In this document: positions 39,282-48,446 of the stretch, one piece after another
Numbering within the stretch: the stretch's first letter is position 1
Layout: every line of letters begins with the position of its first letter
NCBI GenBank assembly: GCA_021770345.1
Contig: JAETRD010000016.1
Span: forward strand, 13,663 to 77,662
DNA length: 64,000 bases
Reading direction: 5' to 3'
Source of the DNA: Lachnospiraceae bacterium
GTDB taxonomy: Bacteria > Bacillota > Clostridia > Lachnospirales > Lachnospiraceae
Notes under the pieces: generated by a model
The model's database searches: none
Seen by the model: the letters and a program-made list of their open reading frames with translations, nothing else
Told to the model about the DNA's origin: nothing
Made by a program: the position numbers and the translations under genes

Positions 39282-40001
39282 TTAAAATCTGGTATGATAA
39301 AGCAGGTATTTTTGTTTTATTTCTTCCGCTCTGCCGCGGCTGACCGGCAATTCGACACCGTTCGTAAGCGTAATATGATCTCTTCCGATTGTGAAAATAT
39401 GCCTGCAGTTTACGAGATAACTGCGGTGTATTTTTAGAAAATAATGTTCGGACAGGGTTTCTTCGAGTTCTGTCAACCGGCAGCGGAAAAGGTGCGAGGC
39501 GTCTGCGGTGACAATCAGGCAGTCTTTTCGCTGGGCTTCAATGTAGAGAATACGCGGGAGCGAAAAGGAATACAGGTCTCCGGAACCCGCCTCGCGCAGA
39601 CACAGTGAAGAGCCTTTATCCTGCGCCCATTTTTCGGTGATGGCGGCTGTCAGTTCCGGCAGGGATTCCCGAAATGTTTCTTTTCTGATAAACCGGTATG
39701 GCTGAACTTCGAATGTCTGAAAGACCAGTTCGTCTCTGCTCGAGATGAAAACGACCAGAGAGTCAGGGGAAATCCGACGGATTCTGCGGCAGACTTCGAT
39801 GCCGTCTATTTCCGGCATTTCGATATCCAAAAATATGACGTCATAGTGATAATGTTCCTCAAACATCCGTAAAAAGCCGGTACCGGAAAGGAAGGTATCA
39901 AAGGCCACAGGCACCTGTTGTTTTTTGAAAGCGTCGATGAGCGATTCCTTTATATGGGTCAGGATATTTGGTTCGTCTTCCACGATTGCAGCCTGATACA
40001 T
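39282..40001 (-). CDS. LytTR-family response regulator
   Basis: IVEDE, phosphoacceptor IFLDIEM, FLKIHRSYLVN; RBS GGAGGAG. Confidence 0.9.
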   Translation of the reverse strand: MYQAAIVEDEPNILTHIKESLIDAFKKQQVPVAFDTFLSGTGFLRMFEEHYHYDVIFLDIEMPEIDGIEVCRRIRRISPDSLVVFISSRDELVFQTFEVQPYRFIRKETFRESLPELTAAITEKWAQDKGSSLCLREAGSGDLYSFSLPRILYIEAQRKDCLIVTADASHLFRCRLTELEETLSEHYFLKIHRSYLVNCRHIFTIGRDHITLTNGVELPVSRGRAEEIKQKYLLYHTRF

Positions 40002-40164
40002 AAGTTCTCCTCCGTAAGAAACGTTTTTCATAACGGCAGTATACCACAAAACAGATTGTCATTACAGTGCAATTCGTACCGCAGGCCGACAACTCGTACC
40101 GGTTTCAAAGAATCCCTCTTTTTTGTGTTAGGTTAGAGGTACCAAATCAAAGGAGGGAAATCGC

Positions 40165-43017
40165 ATGATTTCAATTAACTGGAGTGACGTCATAGGCGTA
40201 CTTAAGATGTGCAGGCCGTATCTGATCGCGATTGCGGCAGTTCTTGCGGTCGGTATAACGGTGATTGTGCGCTGCAAAAAACAGACGGTAAAAACAAGGA
40301 AGCTGGTGCGTGCGAATGCGGCGATTGCGATGATTGCAGGAATCGCAGTAATTTTAAATATGATCTGCACGGGTCCGCTGTCGACGCTGCTTACGCTCAG
40401 TATGCAGGAGAGCGGAAGCGTGACGGAGAAGACGACCGGGCAGTCAAACGAAGACTGCCGGACGATTGCGGCGGAGGGAATCGTGCTGCTGGAAAACGAC
40501 GGTCTGCTCCCGCTGGCGGAGAATAAAAATCTGAACGTGTTCGGGTGGGCGAGTACCGCTCCGATTTACGGAGGTTCCGGCGCGGGAGCGCTCAACGATC
40601 TGTACGAGAGAGTGTCGCTTCTGCAGGGACTGGAAAACGCGGGATTTGAGCTGAATGGCGAACTTACGGAACTGTATACGGGGCTTGCAAAAGAAAGAGC
40701 GGCATACGGTTCGGACTGGAGCCTTCCGGAGGTTCCGGCGGCGGATTACAGTGAGGAGCTGCTCGGTCAGGCAAAAGAATTTTCCGATACGGCAGCGGTT
40801 GTGATCGCGCGCTGGGGCGGAGAGGGAAGCGATCTTCCGACTGATATGACGGCCGCGGCCTACACGGACAATTCGGCGGAGTATGCGGATTTTGTGGAAG
40901 GGCAGCATTATCTGGAACTCAGTAAGACGGAGCAGGATTTGATAGAGATGGTCTGCGCCAATTTTGAAAATGTGGTGCTTATTTACAACGGGCTGTCGAC
41001 GTTTGAACTGGGGTTTGTCGAGGACTATCCGCAGATTCGGAGCGTTCTGTGGTGTCAGGGACCGGGACAGACCGGATTTGACAGTCTCGGAACGATCATG
41101 AACGGTTCGGTCAATCCGTCCGCAAAGACGTCGGATACGTTTGTATATGATCTGACGGCAACGCCGACATGGAACAATTTCGGCGATTTCCGGTATGACA
41201 ATATGCAGGAATTTAAAATTGACGAGAGCGACCCGTATGTCGGCGGGGCGATGCCCACGTTTGTGAATTATGTGGAGGGAATCTATGTCGGGTACCGGTT
41301 CTATGAGACGGCCGCGCGGGAAGGGCTGATTGATTACGAGGCCGCGGTGCAGTATCCGTTTGGCTATGGGTTAAGCTATACGACATTTCAGCAGGAGATC
41401 AAATCTTTCGCGGAAAAGGACGGTCACATTACGCTTGACGTGACGGTGACAAATACCGGGGATACGGCGGGAAAAGATGTGGTTGAGGTGTATTACAACC
41501 CGCCCTATACAAACGGGGACATTGAGAAAGCGGCCGCGAATCTGATTGCCTATGACAAGACAAAGCTTTTAAAGCCGGGGGAGAGCGAGACGCTTTCCGT
41601 CCGCTTTGCAGCGGAAGATATGGCGTCCTATGACAATCAGAATCACGGATGCTATGTACTTGAACGGGGGGACTATGAAATCAGCATTAACGGGGATTCC
41701 CATACCGTGCTTGACGCCGTCACCTACACGGCGGAGCAGGATATTATTTATGACGCGTCAAACGCCCGTTCTTCGGACAGGACGGCGGCGGTAAACCGGT
41801 TTGGATATGCCGACGGACATCTCACATATCTTTCCCGCTCCGACGGCTTTGCAAATTACGGGGAGGCAACCGCAGCGCCGGAAAGCCTGTCGATGCCGGA
41901 GGATTTGAAGAATGGCTTTATTGTCACCTCTAACTACAAAATGCCAAAGGATGAAAACATCGTGATGCCGGTTACCGGAGCGCAAAACGGCATCGTGCTC
42001 GCGGAACTTCGGGGCGCGGATTATGACGACGAGCGCTGGGAGAAGCTATTAGACCAGCTGACAATCGATGAAATGCAGGATATGATCGCGCATGCGGGCT
42101 TCCAGACCGCGGCGGCCGAAAGCGTGGGAAAGGTGTCCACGGTGGACTGCGACGGACCGTCTGCGATCAGCAATAATTTTACCGGCGCCGGTTCTGTCGG
42201 GTTCCCGTCGAATGTAATGATCGCATGTACCTGGAACGATGAGCTCGCATACGCCTACGGCTATGACATGGGGAAGATGACCGCAGAACTCGGCGGTTCC
42301 GGCTGGTATGCGCCGTCTATGAACCTTCACAGAAGTGCGTTCGGCGGGCGTACATACGAGTATCCCTCCGAGGATCCGGTGCTGGCCGGAAGGATGTCCG
42401 CGCAGGCGGTAAACGGCGCGGCAGAGCATGGCGTGTACGCATATCTGAAGCATTTTGCAATGAATGAACAGGAGACAAACCGGTGGGTAATGCTCTGTAC
42501 CTGGGCAAACGAACAGGCGATGAGAGAGCTTTACCTGAAGCCGTTTGAAATCTGCGTGAAGAACAGTGAGGCTTCCGCCGTGATGTCTTCCTTTAACTAC
42601 ATAGGAAATATCTGGGCAGGCGGAAACTATGAGCTCCAGACAATCCTGCTTCGCGACGAGTGGGGCTTTCAGGGGTTTGTCGAGACGGATTATTTTGCCG
42701 GCGCCTTTAATATGAATGCCGACCAGGTAATCGCCACCGGGGGTTCCTGCTGTCTGTCAACCTTTGACGTAGGGACAAATTTTGTGTCCGATACGAGTGA
42801 CCCCACTTCCGTGCAGCATATGCGCACCGCCTGCAAAAACATGATGTACACCGTCGTAAATAGCAACGCATACGCGCAGGACGCGGCGGTTACGATGGCC
42901 GGATGGATGAAGCTGATGTTTGGAATCGACGCCGCGCTTGCGGTGCTGCTGCTTCTGTGGGAGGCTGCGGCGATTAAAAATTATCGAAAAAAAGAAATTG
43001 TAATATCCGTGGAGTAG
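40165..43017 (+). CDS. Membrane-anchored GH3 beta-glucosidase with inverted domain order
   Basis: N- and C-terminal TM segments; EGIVLLEN...YPFGYGLSYT precedes the TIM-barrel part with KHFAMN and nucleophile LRDEWGFQGFVETDY. Confidence 0.88.
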   Translation: MISINWSDVIGVLKMCRPYLIAIAAVLAVGITVIVRCKKQTVKTRKLVRANAAIAMIAGIAVILNMICTGPLSTLLTLSMQESGSVTEKTTGQSNEDCRTIAAEGIVLLENDGLLPLAENKNLNVFGWASTAPIYGGSGAGALNDLYERVSLLQGLENAGFELNGELTELYTGLAKERAAYGSDWSLPEVPAADYSEELLGQAKEFSDTAAVVIARWGGEGSDLPTDMTAAAYTDNSAEYADFVEGQHYLELSKTEQDLIEMVCANFENVVLIYNGLSTFELGFVEDYPQIRSVLWCQGPGQTGFDSLGTIMNGSVNPSAKTSDTFVYDLTATPTWNNFGDFRYDNMQEFKIDESDPYVGGAMPTFVNYVEGIYVGYRFYETAAREGLIDYEAAVQYPFGYGLSYTTFQQEIKSFAEKDGHITLDVTVTNTGDTAGKDVVEVYYNPPYTNGDIEKAAANLIAYDKTKLLKPGESETLSVRFAAEDMASYDNQNHGCYVLERGDYEISINGDSHTVLDAVTYTAEQDIIYDASNARSSDRTAAVNRFGYADGHLTYLSRSDGFANYGEATAAPESLSMPEDLKNGFIVTSNYKMPKDENIVMPVTGAQNGIVLAELRGADYDDERWEKLLDQLTIDEMQDMIAHAGFQTAAAESVGKVSTVDCDGPSAISNNFTGAGSVGFPSNVMIACTWNDELAYAYGYDMGKMTAELGGSGWYAPSMNLHRSAFGGRTYEYPSEDPVLAGRMSAQAVNGAAEHGVYAYLKHFAMNEQETNRWVMLCTWANEQAMRELYLKPFEICVKNSEASAVMSSFNYIGNIWAGGNYELQTILLRDEWGFQGFVETDYFAGAFNMNADQVIATGGSCCLSTFDVGTNFVSDTSDPTSVQHMRTACKNMMYTVVNSNAYAQDAAVTMAGWMKLMFGIDAALAVLLLLWEAAAIKNYRKKEIVISVE

Positions 43018-43038
43018 GAAGGAGTGCGGCTGCTAAGT

Positions 43039-43677
43039 CTAGTAGCCGCATGATTCTCCGATTAAAATGACCTTGATCCGCCCCTGGATGCCGCTCCTTC
43101 TTGTGACGACAACCTGATTGCAGATGCAGTCCGGTGACAGACAGTCCGCACAGACGCCTGTTGCGGCGCAGGGTGTATTTCTGCCGAGCCGTTTGCAGTT
43201 CATCGGGGTTGCAGTGTTATGTACGCGGCTTACGGCCTCCGCGACATTTGCGGCGACCTTGTTCATCCCTGCCAGGATGATCACATACTCCGGACCGTAG
43301 ACGAGGGCTGCGACGCGGTTGCCGATGCCGTCAATATTGACAAGTTCCCCGTCGTTTGTGATCGCATTTGTGCTCATGAAATAGTAGTCTGCCGACAGCG
43401 CGTCGTGGTAGAGCTGCTTTGTCTCTTCCGGAGTCTTTGCGGCAGCGCGGTCGAGCAGCGTGATGTCGTCCCGCTTTCGGAGTGCGTCGAGCGTGCCGGT
43501 CTCCGCCAAAGTCATCGAACCGCCGAAAGCGACGGTGCAGCCGGCGGGAAGATAGGAGAGTGCTTTCTCTCGTGCCTCATCTGCGGTGGCGCAGTAGCAA
43601 GCTTCTATGCGGCGTTTTTCAAAATTTTTGATCAGGGTCTGTGCAAGTGTTTCATAGTGCATCTGTTTTGGATTCAT
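43039..43677 (-). CDS. LUD-domain lactate-utilisation-like protein
   Basis: FGGSMTL, STNAIT..GELVNIDG.GNRV, terminal Cys cluster. Confidence 0.8.
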   Translation of the reverse strand: MNPKQMHYETLAQTLIKNFEKRRIEACYCATADEAREKALSYLPAGCTVAFGGSMTLAETGTLDALRKRDDITLLDRAAAKTPEETKQLYHDALSADYYFMSTNAITNDGELVNIDGIGNRVAALVYGPEYVIILAGMNKVAANVAEAVSRVHNTATPMNCKRLGRNTPCAATGVCADCLSPDCICNQVVVTRRSGIQGRIKVILIGESCGY

Positions 43678-43857
43678 AAAGGACCTCCTGTCTGAAAGTG
43701 TTGTTAATGAAAGTATAGCTTACCTGACTTTTTTTCTCAAGCAGATAAAAAAATCAACCTGACACATGCACTTGGAATTTTGGGATAGATATTACATTTT
43801 AAGTGTGATATACTGAAACTATAATTGAAACGCACTTAATCTTCAGGAGGTGGGAAT

Positions 43858-44028
43858 ATGCCGACAAACGAAAAAGAAATTAACTGCTATCTGTTTGATC
43901 AATTATCTATATTGGAACGCATTGAAGCGGTAACTGACGACGAAAAGGTTTTGAAACAAATAGCCATAGAAAGGCGACAAATTGAAAGAAAATTGTATCA
44001 ATCGCCGCCGCTTGTAAAAGACGAGTAA
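43858..44028 (+). CDS. Small hypothetical protein (56 aa), missed by the ORF track
   Basis: MPTNEKEINCYLFDQLSILERIEAVTDDEKVLKQIAIERRQIERKLYQSPPLVKDE; RBS AGGAGG; extended -10 TGaTATACT at 43806-43814. Confidence 0.72.
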   Translation: MPTNEKEINCYLFDQLSILERIEAVTDDEKVLKQIAIERRQIERKLYQSPPLVKDE

Positions 44029-44120
44029 TTTTTCGCTACAGAGTGTCAGATGTTTCTGACACTCTTTTTCCCTTATGGAATTCGGGTTCGATACATCACA
44101 TGCGAACTTTATAAGGTTTG

Positions 44121-44904
44121 TCAAATGTCGTTCGAATCAGATTCCGATTGCAGCGCGGAGATAATTTTTGACCAGGGTTTCATTGCCAACAATTCTACAT
44201 AGCACTTTCCGCTTACTGCTTCTCCCTGAAAAGTACCGCTGATTGTACTGGCCGCTTCATAATGATTCAAGGGTTTTGCCCATTTAAACTGCAACTCCTG
44301 TTCTTTAATCTCTGTCACAACTTGGAGCGTCGCGTTACATTCCGGAATCTCTATCTCCCATTTTGTAGGATAGTCGTTTTTTCCAGGCATCCGTACTTTT
44401 CCATATGTCGCGGGCATTGGCAATTACGGGTGAGACAGGGACAACGTTCTGCGTTCCGTCAGGATAGAGCAGGGTGACGAAAGGCCGCTCTTTTCCGTTT
44501 CCCACAGGAAACCATAAGCTTCCGTATACGCCGTTGGACAGGTTCAGATCCATCCAGCCCCAGGTCATATCCGCAGTATTGATGTTTTGCCATTGGCGGT
44601 CGAACCATGTATTTCCGTTGATTTCATAGGTCTTGTCATTTACCGATACGTTCCCTCTGGTTTCCAGCGTTGGCATGGAATACTGAAATACGTCAAGTCC
44701 AATCATCGGAAAGCGCCCGGTGCCTCCGTTCAAAATCGGATATCCGACGGGAGCAAGCGTTGCATTCATCTGGATTTTTTTGCCGCTGATTTCAAGGGAC
44801 AGACAGCCCAAGTCCCCCTGAAAGCAGTTTTTCGGAGTTTTTATGCGAAAAGCGGCTGTGTCCATCGGTTCATAGTTTACAATTTGATTTTTGAGCAGTT
44901 GCAT
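44121..44904 (-). pseudogene. AttH/CrtC-like lipocalin-fold protein, frameshifted
   Basis: GNTWFDRQW and WGWMDLNLSNG in one frame; YPTKW...YEAAS.ISG...G.CYVEL in the next; break near 44375-44395; strong RBS GGAGG. Confidence 0.65.
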
Positions 44905-44974
44905 TTCGATAACCTCCTAAAAAATGATTGATTTTTTTTCACAGTCGCATAATAATACATATTGGCAAGAAAAA

Positions 44975-45001
44975 CAACAGACTGTTTATTTGCAGATGTT
45001 G
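44975..45001. promoter_or_regulatory. Candidate TetR operator
   Basis: CAACA-N17-TGTTG containing the palindrome AACAGACTGTT, between divergent genes. Confidence 0.35.
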
Positions 45002-45107
45002 ACAGGAACAGCGATAAAAATCAAATTGTCAATCATGTGGACAATAATGCAAAATTTGTTGATTTACAACTTTACGTTATCACAACAAATATGGAGAGAA
45101 CGCATTC

Positions 45108-45677
45108 ATGGAAAACTTACGGATACGCACAACAAAAAATGATTCGGCAGGCGCTCCTGATGTTGCTAAAAGATCAGCCGTTGGAAAAATCACAATTATG
45201 GCGCTATGCAAGCAGGCTTGTGTCAACAGAACGACATTTTACAAATATTACGGAAGTCAGTACGATGTTGTGGATGACATTATTGATGAATTGTTTGACA
45301 CGTTGAAGGGGTTTGTGCCTCAACGCGGTCCATCTGGTATTTTATTTTCCAGAGAAATGCTGAATTATTTACTGGAAAACAGAACGATGTGCGTCACGCT
45401 TCTTGATAAGCTTCCGGTATCCCTTTTCAGTCTGAAGCTGTTGAATATTATCTCTTACGATGATGATTTTCTCATCGAATTTGCGGAAATTTATACGGAA
45501 GAACAGAAAAGACGGCTCTTTTCTTTTTATCAATATGGCGTTTTCGGAATTATGTATCAATGGCTTCATTCGGAAACTCCGGCGCCGACAGAGTTGGTGT
45601 ATGATATGATGTGTAGTTTAAGAAAAAATATAATATTCGCTGATTCAAGTGTACCGATGGATTCTGCTGGCGTTTAA
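45108..45677 (+). CDS. TetR/AcrR-family regulator with a scrambled first helix
   Basis: ITIMALCKQACVNRTTFYKYY HTH; helix-1 sequence MIRQALLMLLKDQPLEK is in the +1 frame. Confidence 0.75.
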   Translation: MENLRIRTTKNDSAGAPDVAKRSAVGKITIMALCKQACVNRTTFYKYYGSQYDVVDDIIDELFDTLKGFVPQRGPSGILFSREMLNYLLENRTMCVTLLDKLPVSLFSLKLLNIISYDDDFLIEFAEIYTEEQKRRLFSFYQYGVFGIMYQWLHSETPAPTELVYDMMCSLRKNIIFADSSVPMDSAGV

Positions 45678-45764
45678 GAACGTGTATCAAACGTTGGAAT
45701 GCCGTTGTAGATGCCGTTATAGACGGAATATGTGTGCTTTAAAATATGCTTCAGGAGGAAAGAG

Positions 45765-47504
45765 ATGCGCGAGAATTTAAAGAAAATGATATCCTATTAC
45801 GGACCGTACCGGAAGATTTTCTGGGCCGATATGTTTTTTGCCATGCTGTCTGCGGGGATTGCGCTGCTGCTGCCGTTAGTGGTGCGCTATGTGACCTACA
45901 CGCTTGCCTATCTCGGAAAAGAGGAGATTTTATCCCAGATTACATGGATTGCCGCGATTCTGCTGGCGCTTGTGGCGGTGGACTGGTACAGCAAATATTT
46001 TATCGCCAATTACGGGCATGTGATGGGAGCGCGGATTGAGTATGATATGCGCGCGCAGATTTTTGATCATCTGCAGAAGCTGTCGTTTGCATTTTACGAC
46101 AATCAGAAGGTCGGGCAGCTGATGAGCCGCATTACGACGGACCTGTTTGACATCACGGAGCTGATGCATCACGGGCCGGAAAATATTATCTTGTCTCTGA
46201 TTAAGATTATCGGCGCGCTGGCGATTCTGCTGCAGATCAGTCCGCTTCTGGCGCTGGCGGCTTTTGCGGTGCTGCCATTTATGTTTGTGTTTGCGTATTT
46301 TATGAATCGGAAGATGCGGCTTGCGTTTCGTCAGAACCGGGTGCGCATCGCGGAGATTAACGCGCAGATTGAGGACAACCTTTCCGGTATCCGCGTCGTG
46401 AAGTCTTTTGCAAACGAGGCGATCGAAAACGAAAAGTTCCGCGCGGGAAACGACGGATTTTTGTCCGCAAAGAAGAACAGCTACCACTATATGGGACATT
46501 TTTCCGCCGGTATGGGCGCGTTTACGACGCTGATTCAGGTCAGTGTCATCACAATCGGCGCGGTGCTGATCGCTTACGGCAAGGTGGACGCGGCGGATCT
46601 TGTGACTTTTGTGCTCTACATCAGCGTCTTTACGGAGCCGGTGCGGACACTGATCGATTTTACCGAGCAGTTTCAGAACGGTTATACGGGGTTTGAGCGT
46701 TTCTGCGAGATTATGGCTGTGGAGCCGGATATTGCGGACTGCGCGGATGCGGTTCCGCTCAAAAATGTCCGCGGCGATATCGCGTTTGAGAATGTGTCCT
46801 TCCAGTATGAGGAGGATGCCGGGCGTGTGTTAAACCATATCAATCTGAAAGTTCCGGCGGGCGCTTACATGGCGCTTGTGGGTTCTTCCGGTGCGGGAAA
46901 GAGCACGCTCTGCTCCCTGATTCCGCGCTTTTATGACGTGACCGGAGGCGCGGTCACGATTGACGGCGTCGATGTGCGGAAAGTAAGGCTTGCAGATCTG
47001 CGCAGCCAGATTGGAATCGTGCAGCAGGATGTGTACCTGTTTGTCGGCACGGTGTATGACAATATCCGCTACGGCAGGCCGGACGCGACGCGCGAGGAAG
47101 TGATCGAAGCCGCAAAGAACGCGAACGCGCACGACTTTATCATGTCGCTGCCGAATGGCTATGAGACGGATATCGGGCAGCGGGGAATCAAGCTCTCCGG
47201 CGGGCAGAAGCAGCGATTGTCTATCGCGCGTGTCTTCCTGAAAAATCCGCCGATTCTCATTTTTGACGAGGCCACGTCGGCGCTTGACAACGAGAGTGAG
47301 CGCGTCGTGCAGGAGTCGCTTGAAAAACTGGCGGCGAACCGGACGACGTTTGTGATCGCGCACCGCCTTTCCACGATCAAGAGCGCCGAGCGGATTCTCG
47401 TGCTCACCGACGAGGGAATCGCGGAGGAGGGCACGCACGACGAACTGCTGGAAAAGAAGGGAATCTACGAGAAGCTCTACAGCATGCAGTTTCATCGGGT
47501 GTAG
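45765..47504 (+). CDS. ABC exporter, fused permease/ATPase
   Basis: Walker A GSSGAGKST, LSGGQKQR, ILIFDEATSALD, HRLST. Confidence 0.93.
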   Translation: MRENLKKMISYYGPYRKIFWADMFFAMLSAGIALLLPLVVRYVTYTLAYLGKEEILSQITWIAAILLALVAVDWYSKYFIANYGHVMGARIEYDMRAQIFDHLQKLSFAFYDNQKVGQLMSRITTDLFDITELMHHGPENIILSLIKIIGALAILLQISPLLALAAFAVLPFMFVFAYFMNRKMRLAFRQNRVRIAEINAQIEDNLSGIRVVKSFANEAIENEKFRAGNDGFLSAKKNSYHYMGHFSAGMGAFTTLIQVSVITIGAVLIAYGKVDAADLVTFVLYISVFTEPVRTLIDFTEQFQNGYTGFERFCEIMAVEPDIADCADAVPLKNVRGDIAFENVSFQYEEDAGRVLNHINLKVPAGAYMALVGSSGAGKSTLCSLIPRFYDVTGGAVTIDGVDVRKVRLADLRSQIGIVQQDVYLFVGTVYDNIRYGRPDATREEVIEAAKNANAHDFIMSLPNGYETDIGQRGIKLSGGQKQRLSIARVFLKNPPILIFDEATSALDNESERVVQESLEKLAANRTTFVIAHRLSTIKSAERILVLTDEGIAEEGTHDELLEKKGIYEKLYSMQFHRV

Positions 47505-47546
47505 ATGAGAGAAACCGGTTGCGCACCGGCAGTGGGGGAGGTAAAT

Positions 47547-48194
47547 ATGTCCGATTTTTTAAACGGCATCAGGCACACAGAGAAGAAAATCCCTGCCGTA
47601 AGGCAGGTTGTTTACACGGTCTGCATCCTGCTTCTCGGCGTTGGGCTGGGTGTTTTCTCAAAGTTTTTGGACTGCACGGCATCAAACGAATTGCCGGTAC
47701 TCATCGAATATCTGGATGTCCGTAACTTTTTGGGACGTTTTCCGGTCTGGATTCTGCTTGCCGTGTGCATTTCCGTGTACAGCATGTCGCCGGTGCGGGC
47801 GGGAATCAACGTGCTTGCGTTTTTTGCGGGAATGGTCACAAGCTACTATTTATATTCAAATTTTATTGCCGGCTTTTTTCCGAAAAGCTATGCGATGATC
47901 TGGATTGTTTTTACCCTGATATCGCCGTTTCCGGCAGCTCTCTGCTGGTATGCAAAAGGAGAGGGCGGCGTGGCGGTGTTTCTTTCCGCGGGAATTTTTG
48001 CCTGCCTGTTTGATCTGACATTTTCATATGGCTGGCTTTATTTTGACATCCGTTCACCTTTGGAACTGCTGGTATTTGTCTGCGGGTTCGCGGTTTTAAG
48101 GCGGGGAACCGTCAGAGAGACGCTTCTTATGGCGGGGATGGGCGTCGCTTTGGCATGGCTGCTTCGAATCGTTTTGCCGTTTCGGTTCGGGTGA
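47547..48194 (+). CDS. Multi-pass membrane hypothetical protein (resembles DUF6518)
   Basis: About six hydrophobic segments; RBS GGAGG. Confidence 0.6.
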   Translation: MSDFLNGIRHTEKKIPAVRQVVYTVCILLLGVGLGVFSKFLDCTASNELPVLIEYLDVRNFLGRFPVWILLAVCISVYSMSPVRAGINVLAFFAGMVTSYYLYSNFIAGFFPKSYAMIWIVFTLISPFPAALCWYAKGEGGVAVFLSAGIFACLFDLTFSYGWLYFDIRSPLELLVFVCGFAVLRRGTVRETLLMAGMGVALAWLLRIVLPFRFG

Positions 48195-48219
48195 CTGCAA
48201 GACCGGCAAAGGAGCGGAG

Positions 48220-48263
48220 AGAGTGTATATCCTCGTGTGTTTAAAGAGGGGTACACTCTTTTC
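48220..48263 (+). terminator. Probable terminator
   Basis: AGAGTGTATATCCTC...GAGGGGTACACTCT followed by TTT. Confidence 0.5.
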
Positions 48264-48347
48264 CTTTGTTCACTGAGAGTGGTATCGGAGCATAAAAGGC
48301 AGATTACAATTTAATGACGGAGGTAAATCGTCGGGAGATAAAATTGA

Positions 48348-48368
48348 TTTTGCAACTTACTTGCAAAA
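48348..48368. promoter_or_regulatory. Perfect inverted repeat, candidate metalloregulator operator
   Basis: TTTTGCAA-CTTAC-TTGCAAAA upstream of the CobW pair. Confidence 0.45.
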
Positions 48369-48446
48369 TGATACAAAAGCGCGTAAAATGGATATGCTTA
48401 TAAAAGCGTGTAAGGCAGAGTTTTATTTTTCTATAGAAAGGGAGCG

